64,000 nucleotides of DNA from a virus. Below are positions 18,992 to 26,783 of this stretch, piece after piece. A program made the translations under genes and the position numbers. How positions within the stretch are numbered: position 1 is the stretch's first letter; each line of letters opens with the position of its first letter. The stretch spans positions 1 through 64,000 of IMG/VR virus record IMGVR_UViG_3300020810_001160. One strand, given 5' to 3'. The notes beneath the pieces were generated by a model. That model worked only from the letters and a program-made list of their open reading frames with translations. It was not told the origin of the DNA and ran no database searches.

Positions 18992-19795
18992 TTATTTAAA
19001 ATGTTTTACAAGGTCTCTTGTGCCGTATGACACCAAAAATTTTACTCCTGCTCGCTTGTAAACTTCAGCAATTTCCAGTTGATGTTGGAATGTGGGCAGT
19101 CCTCTATACTCATCAGACACTTGATATAACCCAACAGGTTCATACATACCACACTGTATATTTGAAAACACACCCAGACTGTGCTGTGCTGGTTTTAACA
19201 AAATGTAATCTGCTTTTTGTTTTTGATAATCATTTGCATGAGCAATCATGCTCCAATTGTTGCTGATCGGCAGTTGATAACTTCTGCCTGTGGTTGGTGT
19301 GCTGTTGGCTAGATCTCTGAATGCACTGTAAAACACACTGCGATATTTTACATAAGCCATCACAGGTTTATTGGTTTCTGTTTTTAAATTTCTTACAGTG
19401 TGATCGCCCATGTCCGAAGGAGCCAGTATGTCTGCACCTGCTGACTCTAATTTTTTACCCAAATCAATCAACAGTGCTTCACTGGTGTCTGGTTTATCCA
19501 ACACTCTACAATGTCCATCTGGCAGTGTGGAACATAGACACACATCCACAATTAATTCTATATTTGGAAAACGTGTTTTAATTTTATTCACAACCTCAGC
19601 ATTAAAACTCCAATCAGGAGTCCATGTTTTGGTATCAGGAGTTATAAACAACAGGAAACTGTCTACTCCAACATCAACATCTTGTTGAATTCTATCTAGT
19701 ATGGTGTCTTGTGAATAACTGGAATTTTCTAAACCTAATCCAGCCGTCTTATTGCTACCAGATTGGTTCACAAAGATTGGCTGGATTAAGTCCAT
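18992..19795 (-). CDS. hemB: Delta-aminolevulinate dehydratase (porphobilinogen synthase), Zn-type
   Basis: DLIQPIFV, Zn-ligand motif DVCLCSTLPDGHC, AGADILAPSDM, KYRSVFYSAFRD (first active-site Lys), LLKP (Schiff-base Lys), YQVSDEY and KRAG, all in HemB order. Confidence 0.9.
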   Translation of the reverse strand: MDLIQPIFVNQSGSNKTAGLGLENSSYSQDTILDRIQQDVDVGVDSFLLFITPDTKTWTPDWSFNAEVVNKIKTRFPNIELIVDVCLCSTLPDGHCRVLDKPDTSEALLIDLGKKLESAGADILAPSDMGDHTVRNLKTETNKPVMAYVKYRSVFYSAFRDLANSTPTTGRSYQLPISNNWSMIAHANDYQKQKADYILLKPAQHSLGVFSNIQCGMYEPVGLYQVSDEYRGLPTFQHQLEIAEVYKRAGVKFLVSYGTRDLVKHFK

Positions 19796-19801
19796 CGTGT
19801 T

Positions 19802-20002
19802 TTACTTCTTGTCTTTTTTAGGAAGTGCCGCACACTGTTCTGTATCTGCTGGTAAGCCAGCATTTTTGTCATAGATCCAAACGTATGAGTATGTTACTTT
19901 GTCATCACTCACTTGACATTTTTTTCCAAATGCTACTCTTGGTTCTTTGATAGAACAAGCAGACACTAACAACATGGTTAAAAGTATCGCGATATATTTC
20001 AT
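19802..20002 (-). CDS. Small lipoprotein
   Basis: MKYIAILLTMLLVSA-C signal peptide with a lipobox; GAGGA RBS; two further Cys residues. Confidence 0.75.
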   Translation of the reverse strand: MKYIAILLTMLLVSACSIKEPRVAFGKKCQVSDDKVTYSYVWIYDKNAGLPADTEQCAALPKKDKK

Positions 20003-20034
20003 TTAAGTTCCTCGTTTTAGAGTTTCCAAAGTTA

Positions 20035-20063
20035 ATTATAGCACATTTTGGTTTGGATGTCAA
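20035..20063 (-). promoter_or_regulatory. Consensus sigma70 promoter for the lipoprotein-hemB unit
   Basis: TTGACA (20063-20058), 17-nt spacer, TATAAT (20040-20035). Confidence 0.85.
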
Positions 20064-20090
20064 GACTTGAAAAGGCGACAAAATTGACAT

Positions 20091-20116
20091 AAAAAAAGGG
20101 GGCCGAAGCCCCCTTT
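20091..20116 (-). terminator. Rho-independent terminator after the major capsid gene
   Basis: AAAGGGGGC-TTCG-GCCCCC followed by TTTTTTT on the minus strand. Confidence 0.9.
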
Positions 20117-20138
20117 AGTGTATTCGTTAACGTTAAGA

Positions 20139-21320
20139 TTAACTGAATGATGTGTTCGATACACCGATCGTTTCAACATAATCAGCCGCGTTACCTAAAG
20201 ATGACGCTGTGTTGTTTAACTCTACATAACCATATCTAGTCATGAAAGAAACAACTGGCTCAAAAGTTGATGGATCTAGAACAACACCAGAAGACATTAA
20301 CGGAATGTATGGGCAATAGAATGCCGCCGCATCTGCTTCTGATGATCCTTTGTAACCAACAAGTACATCTGTACTGTCAGCCGCATAAGTGTCAACATAT
20401 ACTTTCATCGCACTGTTTAAAGTTCCAACGAATTTTTGGTTAGTTGGTGCTTCAAACGTACCTTCAGTTGTTCTTGCGAACGCTGAAGTTGTAGCAGACT
20501 GAAGTACTGTTAATGCTAATGGAGATACCACTGCAAAATTACCAGCACCACGTCTTGTGTTTTGTGCGATTTTGTTAGCCGCTCTGTTGATTAATACAGC
20601 CAAAGCCGCGTGTTCATCACCTACGAAAGTCGCAGTTCCTGATACAGCCGCTTGGTTGTATGTTCCAGATGATTGAGCACCTGCAAGTGATCTTAATGAA
20701 GTGATGATCTCTTGGTCGATTTCAGCAGTAATTTCTTGTGCTAATGCCGCCATGATTTCAGCCTCTACATCAATACCTTGTTGTGCTTGTGCATCTTGAG
20801 CAGATTCAAATGTCCATCTTGCTTGTAACTTACGAGTTTTTGCTTCAACTGTTTGTTTCAAGATTTGGATTGACATTGCTCTACCACCAGTACCTTCTTT
20901 AGTTGCTGTTGCATCACCTTTAGCAGTTGTTAAACTACCTGAGTATGCTTGAGCAATTTTGAATGGTGATAGTGCTTCTTCACCTGCCGCCGTGTCTGTG
21001 TTGATAGCAGAAGTGTCGTTTGTTGTTTCTGCGTATCTAACTCTTAGTGTGTGGATTTGACCAACTGGGCCAGTCATTGGTTGAACTCCAACCAATTCGT
21101 TAGCGATTACAGTAGGCATAACCCTTCTGATCACCGGTAGGATCACTCTGTTTAAAGTAGCAACGTTACCTGCAGATGTAGCACCTGCTGTCGCAGACTC
21201 TGAAAGATACTTTTTAGTATTTTCTAAAGTCGCTTCCATCACGGCTTTTTTATTGCCTGATAGACCTTCTAATAACGCACTCTTTGTGTCCTGCCAGCGA
21301 GTTTCTGTTAGTTCTGACAT
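20139..21320 (-). CDS. gp23: Major capsid protein, T4 gp23 family
   Basis: ILPVIRRVMP, GVQPMTGPVGQI, KQTVEAKTRKLQARWT.E.AQD, EIDQEI, NKIAQNTRRGAGNF, FYCPYIPL, FMTRYG; probable gp21 cleavage at YLSE. Confidence 0.95.
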   Translation of the reverse strand: MSELTETRWQDTKSALLEGLSGNKKAVMEATLENTKKYLSESATAGATSAGNVATLNRVILPVIRRVMPTVIANELVGVQPMTGPVGQIHTLRVRYAETTNDTSAINTDTAAGEEALSPFKIAQAYSGSLTTAKGDATATKEGTGGRAMSIQILKQTVEAKTRKLQARWTFESAQDAQAQQGIDVEAEIMAALAQEITAEIDQEIITSLRSLAGAQSSGTYNQAAVSGTATFVGDEHAALAVLINRAANKIAQNTRRGAGNFAVVSPLALTVLQSATTSAFARTTEGTFEAPTNQKFVGTLNSAMKVYVDTYAADSTDVLVGYKGSSEADAAAFYCPYIPLMSSGVVLDPSTFEPVVSFMTRYGYVELNNTASSLGNAADYVETIGVSNTSFS

Positions 21321-21338
21321 TGTTTGTTTTCTCCTTTT

Positions 21339-22427
21339 TTAGATACCCGCCAGTCTTTTTATGTCAACTAGATTTGAGTTGAACTGACTGCCGTTTACAA
21401 TGTTAATTTGTTTGTCGCCTGTTACTTCTGTGCCTTCATTTAACGCCTGTTTTTTCGCTGGAGTCCTACCGTTTAATACAGCCGGTATGTACTTTTCGAA
21501 TTGCTTTCGTAAAGCACCCGTCTGTACACTCTCCAGTAAGTTGTTCATTATATCTTTTTGTTCAGAGTTCAATGGTTTTGTTAACTCATTGATCACTTTT
21601 TCTCTCTCTGCCGCTTCTTTGATTTCTGCAATTTCTTTTTCTTTTGCTTCGATCATTTTTTGTTTCTCTTCGGCAGTCTTTTTCGCTTCTTCCGCCTGTA
21701 GTTTTGTAACATCAACTACTTTAAGAAGTTTGGCTGTTTCACTCTTTTCGTTCAAAAATGATTGTGTGTATTCTTGAGCGTAAGATTCAAACAGTCTGCG
21801 TCCAAAGTCATTTTTGCGAGCCGCATCGATGTCTTCTTTTAATGAGTTAATCTCTTGTTTAAGAGTTTTGCCCACTATTTCTGACACTTTTTCAGCACCT
21901 TTTTTCACAAAGTTACTTCTAACTTTTTCAAAATGTGCTTTCGCTTCTCTGATAAGACGTACTTTTGTTTCAGCAACGTCTTGTTTGTCTTTTTGAAATT
22001 CTGCGATTTCTTTAGACAGAGCTTCTACCACAAAGTCCTCAAGTTTAACAAAATTTTCTGCCATAACTTTTTGGTCTGAGTGTAGTTCAGCAATTTCGCC
22101 TTTAAGTTGTTCAAAAACGAATGACTTCAATTTGTCCGAGTGTTCACGGATTTGAGTAGCATACTTCACTTTTTCTTCAGCAAGTGCTTTCTTGTCTTCC
22201 GCAAATTCTGACATTTCTGCTTCGATTCTTTCTGATACCATTTTGTCAACAGCGTCAGTTAAATTTGCCTTGTCGTGTTCATACTTCTCAGCAAATTCTT
22301 TACGAAGATCAGCAGTAGCCGCCAATTTGTTTTCTTCAACTTTTTGGTTCCATGCTTGTTCGATTTCTGCTCTGATCTCTTCCGAAATTGCTTGGTTTTC
22401 AAAAAGTGATTTCAGTGCTTCTAACAT
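21339..22427 (-). CDS. gp22: Prohead scaffolding/core protein
   Basis: 362-aa Glu/Lys-rich coiled coil between the protease and capsid genes, with many LxE sites. Confidence 0.8.
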   Translation of the reverse strand: MLEALKSLFENQAISEEIRAEIEQAWNQKVEENKLAATADLRKEFAEKYEHDKANLTDAVDKMVSERIEAEMSEFAEDKKALAEEKVKYATQIREHSDKLKSFVFEQLKGEIAELHSDQKVMAENFVKLEDFVVEALSKEIAEFQKDKQDVAETKVRLIREAKAHFEKVRSNFVKKGAEKVSEIVGKTLKQEINSLKEDIDAARKNDFGRRLFESYAQEYTQSFLNEKSETAKLLKVVDVTKLQAEEAKKTAEEKQKMIEAKEKEIAEIKEAAEREKVINELTKPLNSEQKDIMNNLLESVQTGALRKQFEKYIPAVLNGRTPAKKQALNEGTEVTGDKQINIVNGSQFNSNLVDIKRLAGI

Positions 22428-22438
22428 TTACATTTCTC

Positions 22439-23062
22439 CTATTTAGATTGGAGTTTTCCAATTATGTTTATTAGTTGTTCTTTTAGATATTTTTGTGCCT
22501 TTGTGTCCCTTGCTGTGTTAAATGCTTTCATACCACCTCTTGTATTCATTAGATGTTCGTAGATTGGCTCAGGATATGCTCCTGGCGCCGATGGTTGAGC
22601 TACGATGTCTACAGTGATAATTTCAAAATCTGATACTTGTCCGGATCCGTCTTCTTTAACGTTACCTGAACCCCTACTAGACACACCCAGTTTAACTCCG
22701 CTTTCCAGCATTGTTTTAACCAGTTGTCCCATAGGGGTTGGTAATATTTTTAATTTTCCGTATCCGTTCGGTCCGTCCATCCACATTTCATTTACCATGT
22801 GGCTGACACGGTCTAGGTTAATATTAAGTCCTTCTGGATGGTCGACTTCGCCTAACACTGAGTATCCACCAGTGATCTGGTCGTTAAGTGTGCTGACAGC
22901 CCTTTGGATTTCGTTAACAGGGTACACTCTCTGGTTGGCGTTTTTAACACCTCCCTGAATGCAGATTCCCTTCATGTAAAGGGATTTACCGTTGTGCTCA
23001 TCCTTAGTCTCGACGACTATACCTGCTTGGTCGAAAGTCAGCGTCTCACGTAGTTGTAACAT
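22439..23062 (-). CDS. gp21: Prohead protease
   Basis: KNANQRVYP, LGEVDHP, INLDRVSH, ILPTPMG, GVSSRGSG, DIVAQPSAPGA. Confidence 0.93.
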   Translation of the reverse strand: MLQLRETLTFDQAGIVVETKDEHNGKSLYMKGICIQGGVKNANQRVYPVNEIQRAVSTLNDQITGGYSVLGEVDHPEGLNINLDRVSHMVNEMWMDGPNGYGKLKILPTPMGQLVKTMLESGVKLGVSSRGSGNVKEDGSGQVSDFEIITVDIVAQPSAPGAYPEPIYEHLMNTRGGMKAFNTARDTKAQKYLKEQLINIIGKLQSK

Positions 23063-23086
23063 CCGTTATCCTTATACTACCTATTA

Positions 23087-24109
23087 TTAACTGCCAATTG
23101 TTGACTTTTTCGCAGAAGCATCATCTTCTACTTTTGTCTTGGCCTTTGGTGCCGCAGTCAATTTTGCTTTGCCACCTGGAACATTGATGTTTCCTGCATT
23201 CTCTTCTTTAGGAGCAGGTGCTTTACCACCTTTTTCCTCACCGCCTTTAGCGATGTTAGAAGCAGTTCCACCCATGTCGTTTTTACCAGCAACTGGTGAT
23301 TTAGATGAATCTGAACCGTCAGTGTGTGATACACTTACTTTGTTCACATATTCTCTAATTTCTTCACTTGCTGTTTTTGGTGCATTGCTTTTTGACTCAA
23401 CTGCTGGTTGGTCACCAAGTTCAGGAGCAACTTCTACAGTTTCTCCCTCTGCATCTTGACTTACGAATGCTTCGTCTTCTTTCTCTTCGTCGCCTTCAGC
23501 GTCATCAGAGTGATCGTCGTCACCTTCGCCCTTGTCGCCCATCATTTTTTCAAATTCGGCTTTAAGGTCGTCAATTGCATCTTCTAGATCAACTACTCTG
23601 TCTTCGATTTCTTCTTCACCTTCTTCAGAGTCGTCGCCATTTTCTTCACCGTTTTCGTCACCTGCTGGCATTTCGATGTCGCCAACCATATCGTCAGTTG
23701 CGTCACCACCTGCTTCAACCGGTGCTACTTGTGATTGTTCTACGTCTAAGAAAGATTCATCAGTTGCTTCATCATCTTTTGACTCTTCTTCTTTAGTTTC
23801 TTCTTCTTTAGAATCGTCTTTTGATGCTTCTTCTACTGCTTCATCTTCTTTTGACTCGTCTGATGCTTTTTCTTCTACTTTGTCGTCTTCTTTTTTGTCT
23901 TCTTTAGACGCTTCTGTAGTTTCTTCATCTTTTGAGTCTTTTTTTGAAGTTTCGTCTACTTCGATATCTTTAATATCATCTTCTAATAGACCTTCATAAA
24001 TTGATCTTGATTTTTCCACAACGATATCATGGAATATTTCTTCAGCCGCTGTTCTATCGTCAGCAACTAATTTTTCAAGCATTTGCTCGAATTTGCTTTT
24101 ATCTGACAT
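23087..24109 (-). CDS. Highly acidic prohead core/internal protein
   Basis: 340 aa, extremely D/E-rich and low complexity, in the position between portal and protease occupied by T4 gp67/gp68; AGGAG RBS. Confidence 0.6.
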   Translation of the reverse strand: MSDKSKFEQMLEKLVADDRTAAEEIFHDIVVEKSRSIYEGLLEDDIKDIEVDETSKKDSKDEETTEASKEDKKEDDKVEEKASDESKEDEAVEEASKDDSKEEETKEEESKDDEATDESFLDVEQSQVAPVEAGGDATDDMVGDIEMPAGDENGEENGDDSEEGEEEIEDRVVDLEDAIDDLKAEFEKMMGDKGEGDDDHSDDAEGDEEKEDEAFVSQDAEGETVEVAPELGDQPAVESKSNAPKTASEEIREYVNKVSVSHTDGSDSSKSPVAGKNDMGGTASNIAKGGEEKGGKAPAPKEENAGNINVPGGKAKLTAAPKAKTKVEDDASAKKSTIGS

Positions 24110-24151
24110 TATTTTTCTCCTATTAACGTTTTTGATAAGACTGTCATGTAT

Positions 24152-24159
24152 TATTTATA
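24152..24159 (-). promoter_or_regulatory. Late promoter, exact T4 consensus TATAAATA
   Basis: Upstream of the core-protease-scaffold-capsid run. Confidence 0.8.
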
Positions 24160-24216
24160 GAACAGGACAAAAAATAGGTAGATAATGGGCCGATACAACC
24201 CATTTTGACGCCGATT

Positions 24217-24804
24217 TTATAGATGATGGCGTCTTTTGAACTCTTGCACAGTGATTTCACTGTAATTTGTATATTTTTTAAGGTCTTGGGCCTCAAAAAC
24301 ATCAGTGCCTTCCGGTACTACTCTTATATATCTCTTCTCAGGATTCTTCTGTAATATAATGCTGGTTTGACGATTCCAGTTGCCATGATAGGTGGCCACA
24401 TCTGAATTCTTTTTGTAGTTGAGTGTGTCTCCGAATATGTTGTTCAGTTTGCCCTGAGGTGTTCCTGTGAAGTCGAAACCCAACAAATACAGCAGTTGGT
24501 GTCCGTTTTTGGATGCTAACCACAGTGCTGTGGGTCCTGATGACCATCCTAGGCTGGGTTCAAAGAAGTTTAGACCTTTATACTTTTTATATGCTCTATT
24601 AGGATTGGTCCAAACAGGCATATTCAGTTGAGCACCTGCTGTGCAGATCTCATTGATCATCTTGGCATCCACTGCCACCAGATAGTCTGGTGTAAATGTT
24701 CTGTAGACTGCGTTGCAGGCATATACTTTTCCCAATGGTTTGAGTGGCTCCAATGGAACAGGCTTACGACTGAGACCATTGCCCAATACAAAAGCAACGG
24801 ACAT
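24217..24804 (-). CDS. Maf/DUF115- or GT42-like nucleotide-sugar transferase fold protein
   Basis: AFVLGNGLSR, VYACNAVYR..PDYLVAVD, SSGPTAL.LA and LYLLGFDF resemble this superfamily's G-N-G-P-S ... N ... D ... S ... IYLxGxD pattern. Confidence 0.55.
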   Translation of the reverse strand: MSVAFVLGNGLSRKPVPLEPLKPLGKVYACNAVYRTFTPDYLVAVDAKMINEICTAGAQLNMPVWTNPNRAYKKYKGLNFFEPSLGWSSGPTALWLASKNGHQLLYLLGFDFTGTPQGKLNNIFGDTLNYKKNSDVATYHGNWNRQTSIILQKNPEKRYIRVVPEGTDVFEAQDLKKYTNYSEITVQEFKRRHHL

Positions 24805-24807
24805 CTA

Positions 24808-25047
24808 TTATACCTCTGGTTGATTAGCGGCGCCGTACATCTGTCTCACAAATTCTAATTCTTTATGCTGTTCTTCTTTGTGAAATTCTCCGGCTTTTCT
24901 GGCTTTATTAATCTGTTTAAGAGTTAATCTTGTTTTGCGTGTGTCATCAAGATTCATAATTGATTGATCTTCTGTGGGATCATACTGTTTTTGCTCACCA
25001 GGCTGAGTGGTGATTTGATCATAATAGAATAGTTCACGCAATATCAT
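24808..25047 (-). CDS. Small head-module protein
   Basis: 79 aa, MILREL start, immediately downstream of the portal gene. Confidence 0.7.
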   Translation of the reverse strand: MILRELFYYDQITTQPGEQKQYDPTEDQSIMNLDDTRKTRLTLKQINKARKAGEFHKEEQHKELEFVRQMYGAANQPEV

Positions 25048-25052
25048 AAAAT

Positions 25053-25060
25053 TATTTATA
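25053..25060 (-). promoter_or_regulatory. Late promoter, exact TATAAATA
   Basis: 5 nt upstream of the ATG at 25047. Confidence 0.75.
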
Positions 25061-25061
25061 C

Positions 25062-26783
25062 TTAGGCGCCCGGAGTTGGAGTTCCGCCACCTGCTGTTCC
25101 ACCACCTGTTGGTGGAGTTGTGCCTGCGTCTGGTTCGCCTGCTGTTTCTTCCGGTTCTGCCGCATCTAAATCTGCTTGTATACCTGCTGTACTAACTCCT
25201 GCACTTCTTAATTCTGTTGCAGATGTGGTTGGTTTAGCCTGTACACTGTCATCGTTTTCTTCTCGCCATAATCTTTCATTCTCAGCCATCTCTTCTGGAG
25301 ATAATCCTAAGAATCTTGATAGAGCATAACGTTTGCTCACAAATGGTACACCAGCAATCTGAGTGTATGTGGAAATTCTTTGATTGTCCACTTCTGATTG
25401 TCTGTAAGAAGCAAAGTTCATTGGTGGTTGAAACTTGATATCAAACATCGCTGTGTCAATGTTCACACCTTTTTCTATTAGATAACGTTTGAACTCTTGA
25501 TTGAATTCATCCGATACCAAATTTTGTAATCTTTCACAGTATTTGTTGAATCTTAATTCTTGAATGTATGCTGTGCCTACTCTACCATCATTATATTGAC
25601 TGTTGGAATCGTCTGCACCTGTTGGCAAATACGAACTTGGAATACGTAAACCTCTTAATAATTTGTTTGTAAAGTATTTCAAGTCATCAATTTCACCTAG
25701 ATTAGTACCGCCTGGTAATGTTTCAACTTTAGATCCTCTACCTTCTGCTGTTTGTGGGAAGAAGTAATCTTCATTGATTGAAAGCGGATTGTAACTTGAA
25801 TCAATTACGTTGGTACCACCGCCTGTTGCTGATGGAATACGTCTTTGATGGATCTCTGTTTTAACTCTTTCTACAAATTGCATTGCCAAGTGTGATGGCA
25901 TATTACCCACGTCGATGTAGAACACACGTCTTTCAGGTGCTCTTTGTACACGATAGATAATAATTGCGTCTTCTAGTAATTCTTTTTGTTTGTAAACTTT
26001 AAAAATACTTTCAAGCAATGAATTACCAAATGGAAAATTGTTGTCCAAGCCTTCACTTAAACTTAAATGCATGATGTGTTCAGCATCTACGGCAATTTCT
26101 CTCATGCCTGTGGCAAATCTTGTGCCAGGAGAGTCCATTGCTCCTGTGCCTGTCATGCCTCTAACACCGCCTGTTAAGTATCCTGATCCACCGCCTGTAA
26201 CATTACCTGTTGTTTGAACTGGAGTTGTGGCTACTAGATTTCTAAAGTTAAAGTTGATGTCTTTTACCACATACTGCTCAGGAGTTTTACCTGTGCTTTC
26301 GTTCACAATAATTTTAGAAACTTTAGTTGCATCCACATAAAATAATTTTTTAGTTTCTGGATCTCTAATAAAGAATGCATCTCCGTATTTGAATACGTTA
26401 CGAATAATTTTAAAAACTCTTTTGCTTAGGTCATTTAATTTGCACCATTGTTGTAGATACTGTTCAATGATCTGTATTTCTGTGTTGGTTGCTTTTTGTC
26501 TGTATTCAAATTTAAATGGTGTGCCGTTCTGCGTGTTGTTCTGTGTGCAGAATTCTGCTAGAATATCCAATGCCGCATTCACTTCAGAATCAAGATCCAT
26601 CACATTGTATTGTCCGTAACGTTCTATTCTGTTTGGAGCACCGCTGTACACATCTGGAAGATATGATGAGTAGTTGGATTTTGCTGGTCCTGGCTTGCCG
26701 CCTATTCCACCACCTAAAGGTGAAAACATTCCACCTGTTGCGCCTTCAACTGGCACTTCTGTAAAAAACTTTTTCCAACTCAT
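25062..26783 (-). CDS. gp20: Portal vertex protein
   Basis: LEDAIIIYRVQRAPERRVFYIDVGNMP, EDYFFP..AEGRGSKVETLPGG.NLGEIDD..YF..KL...LRIPSS, ELRF.K...RLQ. Confidence 0.95.
   Translation of the reverse strand: MSWKKFFTEVPVEGATGGMFSPLGGGIGGKPGPAKSNYSSYLPDVYSGAPNRIERYGQYNVMDLDSEVNAALDILAEFCTQNNTQNGTPFKFEYRQKATNTEIQIIEQYLQQWCKLNDLSKRVFKIIRNVFKYGDAFFIRDPETKKLFYVDATKVSKIIVNESTGKTPEQYVVKDINFNFRNLVATTPVQTTGNVTGGGSGYLTGGVRGMTGTGAMDSPGTRFATGMREIAVDAEHIMHLSLSEGLDNNFPFGNSLLESIFKVYKQKELLEDAIIIYRVQRAPERRVFYIDVGNMPSHLAMQFVERVKTEIHQRRIPSATGGGTNVIDSSYNPLSINEDYFFPQTAEGRGSKVETLPGGTNLGEIDDLKYFTNKLLRGLRIPSSYLPTGADDSNSQYNDGRVGTAYIQELRFNKYCERLQNLVSDEFNQEFKRYLIEKGVNIDTAMFDIKFQPPMNFASYRQSEVDNQRISTYTQIAGVPFVSKRYALSRFLGLSPEEMAENERLWREENDDSVQAKPTTSATELRSAGVSTAGIQADLDAAEPEETAGEPDAGTTPPTGGGTAGGGTPTPGA

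Noticed and set aside
23087-24109. Tandem DNA repeat in the acidic core gene
   Set aside because: The TCT/TCA-rich low complexity reflects Asp/Glu/Lys codons, not a discrete repeat unit.
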